This document shows positions 1 through 10,927 of a stretch of 32,055 nt of DNA, piece by piece. A program made the translations under genes and the position numbers. This DNA comes from Paraglomus brasilianum. Lineage: Eukaryota. Where the stretch lies: contig CAJVPI010000386.1 in the NCBI GenBank assembly GCA_910592345.1, positions 1-32,055 of the forward strand, written 5' to 3'. The notes below the pieces were generated by a model. That model made no database searches, had not been told where the DNA came from, and saw only the letters and a list, made by a program, of their open reading frames with translations. Each line of letters opens with the position of its first letter. Position 1 is the stretch's first letter.

Positions 1-424
1 AGGTTATTGAGAAAAATGGTGAACGAATATCATATTAAAACTTTTGTAATAAATCTACTACTTATCGGCTTTAAAATGACGCATTATTCACTTTAATCGA
101 TGCAATACTTGTGAAACTAACGTGATTTTAAGAAAGTTCATTTTTTTTGCACACCACTGTATAACGAGGCGGGCTATAAACTACGTAGCCCACATATAAT
201 ACGTAAACCCTTGGTTGTGTCGTAGCAATAGCTCAAGAACACTCAATGCGCAATCAGTGAAGTTTGTCAACACCGACAGAGCGTATCATGTGCAAGTGTT
301 CTAGCTCTTGGACCCGTCCATATCGTAAATAAACAACGTATCTTATCAACTTTTTTGCTTTGTCTCGCTGACTTGCATCATTTTCGCGGATGGATTGTAA
401 TATATCATTATAATCGTTAGATCA

Positions 425-1720
425 TCAATTCCTACATCCACATGTGGATGGCTCATCAAACAACGCCCGTAGTAGTAGAAAGATCCCGCGGGCTCCGTTT
501 ACGTCCCTGTCCATAACCGTATGACAGTTTCCGCATTTATAAACTCTTCTTTCGCCGATGTTTTGTATGTTCCCACAATAGCTGCAGGTCTTGGAGGTGT
601 ACGCCTCATCCTGGATGATTACCATCGCGCCTGTTTTGGCCAGGTGAGCATGCTCCGAACCACTTTCGAATTGATTTTTCGTCGATCTCATTTCACCATG
701 TTCTTTACATTGAATTCACGACATCGTAGTTTTGGACCAAGTGATTCATCGTTTTCTTGTGAAGCTCGTTACGTAGATTCCTGATCTTTCGAAAGATTCT
801 CGCGATCGCGCCATCTAATCTCTTCGCCTTTCTTTTTTTTTCGCTTCGACGTGGAATTGTTTAGAAGATTTCTCTGGGAACTTAACCTGTCGGCGTGTAA
901 CCCTAATCGAACTAATCTCTGTGCATCATTCTTTCCAATTTCTGTTACACCTTCAGTAGGTGAGTACGTGACGACGGGGTTCGCACCCCAGGATCAATGG
1001 GTACGAACTTTTCATGAGCTTCCCTGTTCCATTTTGGTCTTTCATGGACCCATGATAGGGTTCAATCGTTTGTTTTTCGACGATAGGTAACTTGCAATCA
1101 CAATTGATTTTTTTTAAATGGCCATTTGTTATGTTTTCGTTGGGTTTCGAAATGTAAAGGTCGTAGATCTCTCTTGTTTTGTGTGATAATGCAGGGTTTC
1201 TTTCTTGGCGTGCGCATCGATTGGTTGTGTAGGTACAAGTGATTCCAATCCCTTCTCGAAAAATTTTGCGATCGGATGCTGATGGTATGCGCGAGATCCT
1301 TCTTCGACTTGAATTTTAATATCTTTCTGATTATAGTTTTTGATCGCTTCATCCACTGTTTCGTCGATGATGTTATTGGGGATCTCTTCATAGACACCTT
1401 TAAGCTTGAGTATAACGTGCACAAGATAACGAAGGTATTGGGTGCTCGAACAGTTGAGGTAAAGTCGGGTGGGTGTTTTTATTACTTGCTCTGGTAAATT
1501 CAGTTGCCCTTGCGGATTCGGTTGCATCTGCACCTACACCTGAATGCGTGCGACCACTGTGTTATAGATCAATCTCATCAATCCCATCCATTGCTTCAGC
1601 AATTGTTTCTGAGCATGATTCGGTTACAATCTCACGTTCAGTGTCCTGTTCACACTTTCATCTTTTTTTTTATCTTTTTTTTTTTGTTTTTCTCACTGTC
1701 GAGATGGTGATGTTAGCATT
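425..1720 (-). pseudogene. Fanzor2 (eukaryotic TnpB/IS607-related) RNA-guided endonuclease, degraded pseudogene
   Basis: Manual minus-strand translation across frames gives TnpB/Fanzor2 motifs in the expected order: Lys-rich N-terminus (~1660-1700); OrfB HTH-like RTLNVRL*PNHAQKQLLKQWMGLMRLIYNTVVA (stop at 1624-1626); EIPNNIIDETVDEAIKNY; LKFKSKKDLAHTISIRSQ; RuvC-I IDPGVRT (Asp codon 993-995); RKIRNLRNELHKKTMNHLVQNYDVV; EFNVKNMVK*DRRKINSKVVRSMLTW; DEAYTSKTCSYC...YKCGNC (Glu 605-607, 4-Cys zinc ribbon); RuvC-III DRDVNGARGI (Asp 503-505). Several frameshifts, stops and small deletions. The 5' boundary is approximate. Confidence 0.92.
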
Positions 1721-1857
1721 GAGGGGAGAGATTATGTGTTACGATTTGGATTTTCAAATGAGCAAAATATTGCAATGGTTAAAAGAGTTCGGGGGATAAT
1801 GTCTTTAAATATGCTTATGGTTGTCGGTATTTGAATGGCGGAACCGAAAACACGCAT

Positions 1858-1958
1858 AAACATGCAATCTTATATGGAGCTTACGCGCATGAAGCATGCA
1901 TTCTTATACGGAGCCTGAAACATGCAACCTTATATAAAGCCTACGCGCATGAAACATG
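1858..1958. repeat. Degenerate tandem repeat, ~34-bp unit (34 + 26 + 34 + partial)
   Basis: aaacatgcaatcttatatggagcttacgcgcatg (1858-1891), aagcatgcattcttatacggagcctg (1892-1917), aaacatgcaaccttatataaagcctacgcgcatg (1918-1951), aaacatg. Confidence 0.85.
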
Positions 1959-2837
1959 GATCGCGGTCACAAATCGTTGCAAAATAAGTTCATGGGTAGA
2001 CACTTGCAATTCCATGCAATTCGAATTTTTTTGATACGTCCCGTTGTCTTTGTAAATATATTAGAGGATTAAACAAAAGTGATATTAATTCGATTATTGC
2101 ATTAATTCCGATTATAACATCGTAAAATCCATCCTAAATTTTAAATTATTACGATAATAAAACAGCCATCTCCAGGTGACGTCACATGTTCATGTTGCAC
2201 GCCCGCGGTCAAAGTCAGAAATCAAAATACCTTCGCGTTTTGGAATCCCGCACGCGTGACAATAATCACCTGTCAAGAAAATATTCAAATAAATTCTGCC
2301 TCTGGTGTGAGCGCTATGTTACTGTATATGTATATGTGCAAAATCGGCGTATAATCATTTATTTCCCCAATACAGATCAGATATACGCACACTGGTTAAA
2401 AATCAGTACTGCAGTTGTTAAAGTATAGTTGTATTTTATCGAGATACCCGGGATACTGTCCATTCGGTTGACTCGAAGTATTGTTGGGCTGTAAAATGAT
2501 AATAATAAGACCACGTCAAGTCAAAACAAAAAATTAAGTGACAGCATGCTTGTATAATGAATCTAATGACATTGAAAAACGCGTTGAGTTATACTTGATG
2601 AAACTATGTTATAATGCATAAGCCACGAGATAATCGGATTTGAATTTATATGGTGTGCATATATAACAACCAGAGAGTCGTCATGTTATTGACAGGGTTT
2701 AATAACAGGTACACGATATTTAATTATGAAGTATGTCGATGTCTGTCACATAATGAATATTACGAATGGGTGCTCAAATACATCTGAAGAAATTCACCTT
2801 CCAATTACGGAAATGCTCCGTTATTTTATCTATCGGT

Positions 2838-3416
2838 TCTTGATTCTAGTTTTTAGCCCGTCTCTCAAAGTTTTGATATATCTCCTCTTAGCGCGTCCAA
2901 ATTCAGCTTTTCCATACTCGCTGTCTTTTTTTTATCTTCAGTTGTCGTTAGCTTGACAGACATATCATACCACTTATTCATGTTCGCCCACACTTCAGGT
3001 ATGATCTTCCCCGTTGAAAGTCTAGGAACATTTAAATGAAGTTGGGACCAATTCGTCGCGAAATTTCCTGGTTGCGTATATCTTCGTTTTTGAGGGTGGT
3101 GGACGGCAGAAATTGTTCTATTCTGGAACAAAGCGAGGACGGAAGGTCCCGATGTTGAAAGAATCCAGCATTTCGAAGAAAACAAGTTTCCTTTCTCGGT
3201 CAACAAACTCGTCAACTCCAACCCCGTGCACTCTTAGTAAAATTTTTCGAGGAAATACTTTCGATGTCTCCGTCAGAGCGGTGACAAAAAACACACAATT
3301 TGTCAGAGCACCTGAAACTCGTTCTATTTTAATGTCCGTGACATATTTGACATCAGACCAACCGGACAGAGCACTCCGTAGCAGAAAAAGAATATCTTTG
3401 TCATAATCTTGTTTTC
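2838..3416 (-). pseudogene. Choline/ethanolamine kinase pseudogene fragment (N-lobe only)
   Basis: Minus-strand translation: IKIERVSGALTNCVFFVT...PRKILLRVHGVGVDEFVDRERKL...NIG, frameshift, GPSVLALFQNR, frameshift, QFLPSTTLKNEDIRNQEISRRIG, frameshift, QLH...PEVWANMNKWY...LDALRGDISKL*. These match the choline kinase motifs SGALTN, LLRVYG/DRE and GPxLL. Similarity ends before the HND (Brenner) motif. A polypyrimidine/AG acceptor precedes it at ~3417. Confidence 0.8.
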
Positions 3417-5385
3417 TAATGTGGATTAAGAGGGAAAATTAGAAAGGAAAGAACGGATAAGTACAGAGTGTTCGGAGAAAGGATGAGGCTAAGAAGAATA
3501 AATGAAACTTCTTGGAAAGAGAAACAAAAGGGGTATAGGACAGGCAATTTTCTCTCAAGCGGTAACACATAAGTAGTGATACTTCATCGTATAATCGATT
3601 CTCGGGGCCCCACGTCCGCGTCTGAAACGCAGCGATAGTTGCTTGTGAAGAAATAATAATAATGGCAAGGAGCAAACCAAACTGACGGCAGCAGTAAATC
3701 ATGTTATTTTCAAGGCAAAGCTTGCTAAGCATACTAATTGAACTTTGCCAGGAGACTACAGTATGTCATCTCGTGACAAATTGATCGCTTTTTGTTGATG
3801 GATTCTGGGGTCCATATAAAGATGTTTTGCCAAGGGATCATTGATTAAATGAAGGTGAGCAAGCAGTCTGCTACTGGAATTGGATTATTGATACAGATTT
3901 TCTAGCCTTGACGATCACATCTCAAAATTGTCTCCAAAGCAAACAAGTTAAATCCTCGATTACCCAACTTTGAATTGTTGTACAGGGGGGAGAATGAATA
4001 AATGCCAATATTAATAAGAATTATTATTCTTGGATGATTGTTATCTGTTTACACGTTTCGAAAGGCACGCGTTATTTCTATCGGTATAACTAGTTATCGT
4101 ATTATCAGAATTATTTTATAACGTATACCTTTATTATATGTAAAAACTTTATTTTATCGAAATACTGTGTGTTGATGATATACCGTAGTATCGATAAGGA
4201 TTTATTAGATCTGTGGATAGGACAATGACGCTCTCTTCTTTTGTTTGGTCGAAAATACCTTATCTATTACGCTACATGCAGCGCAAGACATGTCATCAAT
4301 CTTTGTGCAAGTATTTGTATGAATATGTTGATATCAAAGTAAAGAGTTTTTTACACAATCGATGCGTGCAAAGAAGTTTATGTATATCAGGTTTTATAGA
4401 GTTTTACTAATGATTATATCATAACCACATCGATAGAATACGATTCGCCCCGTAAATTTATACTATCGCTAGCTTACGTTGTTGATTGGTTTCTGCTCTA
4501 TTACTGCTGCTGCTACCCTGCTGCTTGCTACATGACTCATGATTATTGTCTCTATAATATCTGAACGATTATTAAAATCCTGTAAACGCTAATTGTTGCC
4601 GTACTACATGCAAAGTGTTAAAACAGATGATCATGTTGTGTCCGAGTCGGGACCTGTCCCAATCACTCAGTCCAGGTCCCCAATCATAAGACTGTTAAGG
4701 CATCCAAATAAAACAGACAATACTTTCCTAATAGTCAAGCATACAAGTGCTTCGATTCCTAACGAAGGTTAATGCAGTAATGTATAGACAAAACAAAACT
4801 ATACGTAAGAAGGCAACTATTGGAATTAAATACAATTTGTAACTGATTACGGATACCGAACACAGAACGTCCTAAAAATTCTAAATTCACAAACAATTTG
4901 TCACCATGTTTGCTTAGTCTTTGTCACATATAACATCCGCTTGTCGTTCAGATCTCGAACTTTTACATCTCGACATTTTGTGCACCGAGCAATAATTATT
5001 TTTCCGGTAACAACAATGATTATGTATGACACATTGCGTTTCAAATAATTAAACATTAATAAATTGGGATTCAATGACCTTGATATCATTCTTATTAACT
5101 ACCCGCTATGATCCGTGAAACAGTACATCATCTTGCACGGTTGTAAGTTTAGCAGCGTATAGTTTCGTAGTGTTTAGTATTATAATTAGGTCACACTAAC
5201 TGTTATCAATATATTGACATATCAAATATATGCAAACGAATAATAAAATGTTGTTATAGAACTGATTTACTTGTCCCCTGAAAATGCTTTATTGTATATC
5301 CAAATCTGATATATGGTAATACCAAGGGGGTTAAGGTGATGTGCCACATTAACATATTCTATTTGTAATCAACTGAATGGCGTAA

Positions 5386-5428
5386 AAATAACAACAACAA
5401 TAATAATAAATAATAATAATAATAACAA
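5386..5428. repeat. (AAC/AAT)n microsatellite
   Basis: aataacaacaacaataataataaataataataataataacaac read directly. Confidence 0.85.
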
Positions 5429-5530
5429 CTACAGCGATAATAATATTAGCAATGGTAATTGCGAAAGTAAAGAGAGATTTCCTCATAAAAGAAAGACGAA
5501 AAGACATAGTGTGTGATTCGATCAAAGAGA

Positions 5531-5630
5531 CTATTACTACCCACCATTACCACCCAGCATTACTATCCACCATTACCATCCACCATTACCATCCACCATT
5601 ACCATCACCCACCATTACCACCATCAACCG
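5531..5630. repeat. Minisatellite, ~13-bp unit CCACCATTACCAT
   Basis: About 7 imperfect tandem copies of ccaccattacca(t/c). Confidence 0.85.
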
Positions 5631-6841
5631 TTTGTTGTAGCGAAATGTACAACAAAAATATTACAATGCACTTGACTGGATAACGACGATCGCTTGCTAT
5701 ATTAACTGCGCCGTCTCCTTGGCGTATTCGCAGTAAGTAGTAGCAGCAGCAATTTTGCGGGGGGGACGCGGAAAGGGGGATGAAACGAATAGATACGGAA
5801 TCCATCTCTATTTATAAGTTGAAAATGAAATTCATTGCAAGTCACTAAAACTCTAGCCTGCAGGGATCATCTGTCAATCGTTCATCAATGACCATCAATA
5901 AGTACAATGAGTCACACAATAACTTGCACAACCTCACTTGGTTCGTGCAAAAGAATTCAGCTGGTAATAGTAAACGGTCACACTTGCAAGCTCTTCGCAG
6001 TATAGCATCTGGGTTCCACCAGCGTTTATCTATTCTTGCGGTCGGTTTAGTTCTATCTTTCTTTCTTTCTTTCTTTTCTTTCTTTCTTTCTACACAGTTT
6101 TTCCATAAACCAACATTTTTGGGTTCATTAAAAACTCGTGACAGGTTCATGGTCACCTTCTATAATTGGATATTTTGATATCACTTATATAATATCTTGC
6201 CTCATAATTTACAATTTCTCCAAAAATTCTTGCTTTCTTTCGTACGCCCGAAACCTGCCCTAGAGCTGGTTTTATCTTTCCAAGTCGTTGTCGAAAGAGA
6301 GAAAACCAAAAAAGAAATGGAACATTCGTTTCCTTAATTTCCAAAGTTATGCTTTTGTAAATCAATCTCTATCCTTACTTCCCGACACCCAGTTTGCACA
6401 TAATACATCTTTTTACCTTATAATTATCTTCTTACTACGAGTTATATGCCCATTACCCCTACAATATAAACAATATAAATACATACTCAGCAAGCTTGAT
6501 ACGTAAAATAGCTACCAACTGACTTGTTCTTACCTCTTATTTACGCCGGACGTACTCATTGTATATAGGAAGGGGATTTGAAAGTAAGGGCTAGCGATTT
6601 AAAATATCAGGCGACACAAAGGCAGCAGCAACTCTAGTAAACAAATACAACGCTATTTAACAACCATTGAATCGCAAAACCATAAATTGACCATACTTCT
6701 CCGGCCATTTTCTTGCTATAGCTGTATTATTTGCGAACACGACCTCGAGACCAAAATACGACTTTTTTCTACTACTGCACACAGTTCAAACAACAGGAAC
6801 AAACCCAGTTTTTTCCTCTTTCCCCTTCCATACCCGGCAGA

Positions 6842-8062
6842 ATGGTCGAAGTTACGAACACTCCAATCCAAACCTCTTCTCAGACTACGGTTACAATACG
6901 ACCTTCTTCCGACGACGCAAATGTTCAATCACTTCCCCTCACTCCGCCACCTCCAGTACTCCTTTCACACGATACGTTACAAGTACCGCCTAGTCCGACA
7001 TCCATCAACTCTATTCCTCCCAACATACCAGACCACTACAGAGTCTTTCCCCATAGACAAAGTGCAGTAATTGTCCTCTCGCGTCATCCGTCTGTCAATA
7101 CCGTCGATGACATCCAACAACCCCTTCAATCGCCCCTTCCCTATGCAACTTCAATATCACAAGGCACCAACATTACAATTCAAATGCTCCTTGCCGTTTT
7201 CGCAATCGTCACCATCATAATATACATATGCGTCTGGCGATTCCTGAAACCCAAACAGGCCTGGGTTCACATAATATTTATCTTTATTTTCGTCATTGAA
7301 ATATGCATCTGGGAACGATGGCGAGCTGTTCAAAGATACATGCCTCGACACAGACGCAACCATAGCGAAACCCGCGTCTCGCTCTGGGCACCATGGAACG
7401 ATCCCGTGCTACAACAACGCATTGGCGCAAGACAATCCCGTGCAGGAGACGTCTTTGACCCAGAATGCCCACCGGATTATATACCACCGCCGGCTTACGG
7501 AAATCTCAGAGATTCGGTGTTGGTGGATCCTGTAAGCGGACGGGTTGTCACGGAAAGCGAATATGCAGCTCGAGAATCTGGAACGATATTCGAGACGAGC
7601 GAACGGGGTAGTAGTGTTTTGCCAGAATACGACGAATTGTCGTTGCGATCTAGGCGATCGAGCACCATGACTTTGAGGGGTGGGGAAAGCTTGAGGGAAA
7701 GCGAAAGTGTTGGGCGCAATGCAAGTATTAGAAGCATCAGAAGTATTAGGAGCATTAGGAGCATTAGAAGGAATATGAGTCTTAGGAGTATACCGAGAAC
7801 GGCAAGCTTGGGGACTGTTGAAAGTGATAACGGCGGCGAAATGAAAGATGTTGATGTAGAGAACACTGTAAGCGGAGCGAATGGAGTTAACACAAACAAT
7901 AATACTGTGAGTAATGAAGATAGGAGTTTGGAGATACAATCTCCTATGACCTTGGCACGTCCACCGCGAGTAGCACTAGCAGATGACGATGATTCATACG
8001 ACTGTCCGAATGAATCACCACAGTCTGCGTCGTCTACCCGTCCGCTGATGCGGTGGCATTGA
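6842..8062 (+). CDS. Single-exon two-TM membrane protein (~406 aa) with cytosolic PY motifs; possible Rsp5/Nedd4 adaptor-like protein
   Basis: Long open frame. The first ATG is at 6842; the ORF-track start at 6731 is TTG. Pro/Ser/Thr-rich N-terminus, two hydrophobic helices (MLLAVFAIVTIIIYICVW; AWVHIIFIFIFVIEICIW), PPDY, PPAY and LPEY motifs, and an (SIR)x5 repeat. Confidence 0.8.
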   Translation: MVEVTNTPIQTSSQTTVTIRPSSDDANVQSLPLTPPPPVLLSHDTLQVPPSPTSINSIPPNIPDHYRVFPHRQSAVIVLSRHPSVNTVDDIQQPLQSPLPYATSISQGTNITIQMLLAVFAIVTIIIYICVWRFLKPKQAWVHIIFIFIFVIEICIWERWRAVQRYMPRHRRNHSETRVSLWAPWNDPVLQQRIGARQSRAGDVFDPECPPDYIPPPAYGNLRDSVLVDPVSGRVVTESEYAARESGTIFETSERGSSVLPEYDELSLRSRRSSTMTLRGGESLRESESVGRNASIRSIRSIRSIRSIRRNMSLRSIPRTASLGTVESDNGGEMKDVDVENTVSGANGVNTNNNTVSNEDRSLEIQSPMTLARPPRVALADDDDSYDCPNESPQSASSTRPLMRWH

Positions 8063-9901
8063 GATCATTTGATCATTTTATTGTATTTTTGTTTGTCGTA
8101 TACAACCCTACAAAAAAGTAATACTAGAAAGGGTTGTGTAATGTATGTATGTATTTGAATGGGTCAAAACACTCGGAGAGAAGGGGGGGAAAAGTAAAGA
8201 AAAAAAGTCAATAGTAACTGACTAGAGAAACTAGTTTATTGTTTTCGTTACTCTGTAAATTATTACACAAAAACTTTGAAATAAAAAAAAAAGTATTCAT
8301 ATTTTCATATTCTCGTCATTATCAATTGGAATTAAAAAATGGAAATGATCTACCTGGTTTACTCGATAGAGACTACGTGAATTGTCAATGGCTAGAGAAT
8401 TATAAAGCATAAGCCATATTTTCCCCGGGGAGTCGCGGATATTTACGGCCAATAACTTATCTTCTTCCCCATCAATTTATCAATGACCCCTGAAATACGC
8501 TGGGCGTAATGATCGCTTTTCCCTGGTATCGTAGTTAGCATGACATTGTTTCATGATTTCTTGACAAGTTGTATTATGTAATGATTATGTAAAATCAATT
8601 CATATACCACATACCCGAATGGTATTTTCTTTAAATGACACTCATACTCCCTGATTTACATTCATATGGAATCTAAATATCAAGCCGAGTATTAGCAAAT
8701 TTGAAAGCATAAGCTCAAAAGAATTTTACACAGCCAATCTCGTTAATTCTGGTCCCCACAATTCGTTAATCACAGGTAAATCACTGTAATACGTAATCGG
8801 AAGTATTTTTTTTTTGTTAATCTAAAGATTAAAAATCTTATCAGTTGATAAGCAGATAACTTTCTGTAATGTTTGCAATTCGAAAAACTCTTATTGTGCG
8901 TACAGAGAATCGCAATAAAATGCTAAGCATCGGTGTGTGTAAACCGAATAATAATTTTTGGTTCCGGCAATAAAAATTGTTCAGTGTCCGATTCGAATAA
9001 TTAATGCAGCTTGCTTCCAAACAATTGTCAAAAGATTATTAAAAAGTCACCTACAGCAAAACATACAGATCAAGTCTAAGACATTCTATTTTAGGAATAA
9101 TCAAACATGAATTATCTTTTTGCCTTAATTTGTGATTCATATGTATTAATTACGTCCTTTCACATCAGATTTGGCAATCGAGGTTGCTAAAATTGGCAAT
9201 CACTGTAGGGAGGTAGAGTTTATTTCTCCAACGTAGCATCGGCGATTAACAGAATAGTGTCGTGTGTCAAATTAAAATCACGCGCGCAATGTACGAATAT
9301 AGTTTTTCTATCGCCATGTCATCAGTCTTGTTGTATGCACACTAGTCTTGTCAATTAACTGCATAGACTACATATGAATCTCTACTTGCAATAGCTAACC
9401 ATGTATTTCAATCATGTCGTAGAGAATATTGTTAACTGAATTCTTTTACGTGCGAATAAACGACATCATTCATTTTATGGCACGTACAATATACTGAACT
9501 TTCGAAAGCCTATATCTTTTGCATATGCCTTACCTTCAACCTGATACAGTAATGTCGCATGAAAGCAAACTACAGTGTGTTGCCACCATCCAACAATTGA
9601 AACAATGTGTAAACACGCACTTGCTATTTCATTACACTCTTATAAGGACATGGATGCCCATCTAACACATATCCATTATAAACTGACGTACAACAACAGT
9701 AAAGTATTGTTTTTACTACAACTTTATTCTATATATAACATGCAATGTTTGTCAAACAATTATTTGGCAAGAGCAACATTAAAAATAAATACTTTTTGTC
9801 CCAATTCGGAAAAGACACGTGTAATTTATGCAGTTAAGGGTGAAATTGCATTTTGAGCACCTACTCCTGTCCGCTTATTATATTTATTTTGTATAACGCA
9901 A

Positions 9902-9949
9902 TAATTAATTCTAGCTACATGAGAGTAATTAATTCTAGCTACATGAGAG
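9902..9949. repeat. Perfect 24-bp tandem duplication
   Basis: taattaattctagctacatgagag occurs at 9902-9925 and 9926-9949. Confidence 0.9.
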
Positions 9950-10927
9950 TGAATTAAATTCATTATTTATAAATCCTTCTGGTAATAAATGACTCTAGTA
10001 ATTATAAGACTGTTCAAAGATGATTCTATTAGAGAACACTTTATATGATTATTATAAATCTGAGACTCAATTTTTATTGTCAAACAGAAACGATCAATTA
10101 AATAACGTCAAAATAATTGACGTGTGGAATTAAAAATCCGGAGGAATGCCTCAAGAACTCTGAATTCCTGCAGACATTCTCCATGGATAATTTTTTTCTA
10201 CCTTGTGCTCGATTATGAATACTATCGGATCTGTTGCAGTAGGTATCAATATCGGGAAAAGGCAAGGTTTTATGATACTGCGTTTTAACAAATAGAGTAC
10301 CCATTAACAGTCTCTTGAACAGGATCAGATCAGTACACACATATTAAAACATGACTTCAATGTAGTTAATATCTTCTCGTTTATAAATATAATTTTTTTG
10401 CAGATAGTATTTTTTGCTATATATGCAAATTCTTTTGTTGTTATCTCTCGCCGTATCATAAACCGATAATTACATGCATCTACTTTGTTGTACGCGACGG
10501 CATTAGCAACAGCAATTCTCGAATATCGAGTGTTTGATATGACTTCTCGTGATTAACAACTTTGTAGACAAAGACGTGAAGATTTAAAGATGGTGGTATA
10601 TAATTATTCCCTTGGTTATTCTGAACTAACGTAACGGCATCTCTATTTTGGTGCTTGATTATCATTCTGCTATGTTAATATTCCCAAGCTTTACTGTTAC
10701 CGCCACCCAATATGTGTTTACATCATCAATATTCAATGGTTTTATATACTGTAAATGATTCACGAATAAATCAATTAATTATATATTCACATTGATTTAT
10801 CAGCAAATCACTCATTTCTTGCGTAGATACAACATTTACATGTTTAAAGGCTATCCATTGCACGCTTAACTTACAAAACAAACAACAAAAATCTACAGTT
10901 CTACAAAATAAATCTAATAAAGTACAT

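Noticed and set aside
171..191. Hairpin GGGCTA-N9-TAGCCC downstream of the Fanzor relic
   Set aside because: A 6-bp stem can arise by chance, and nothing links it to the element end.
1858..1958. Possible CRISPR-like array next to a Cas12-related nuclease gene
   Set aside because: The units abut with no unique spacers and are degenerate; recorded as a plain tandem repeat.
3740..3940. Coding-looking stretch FVDGFWGPYKDVLPRDH*LNEGEQAVCYWNW on the + strand
   Set aside because: Short, interrupted by stops and not assignable to any family I recognise.
7157..7939. Antisense and alternative-frame ORFs over the 6842-8062 gene (likewise 12002-12277, 24002-24565 and 30163-30468)
   Set aside because: Shadow ORFs of real genes or of Sel1 periodicity, with no independent coding signal.
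9515..9640. CICLTF and CCHHPTIETMCKHALAI resembling a MULE SWIM zinc finger
   Set aside because: The spacing does not fit and I found no other transposase motif nearby.
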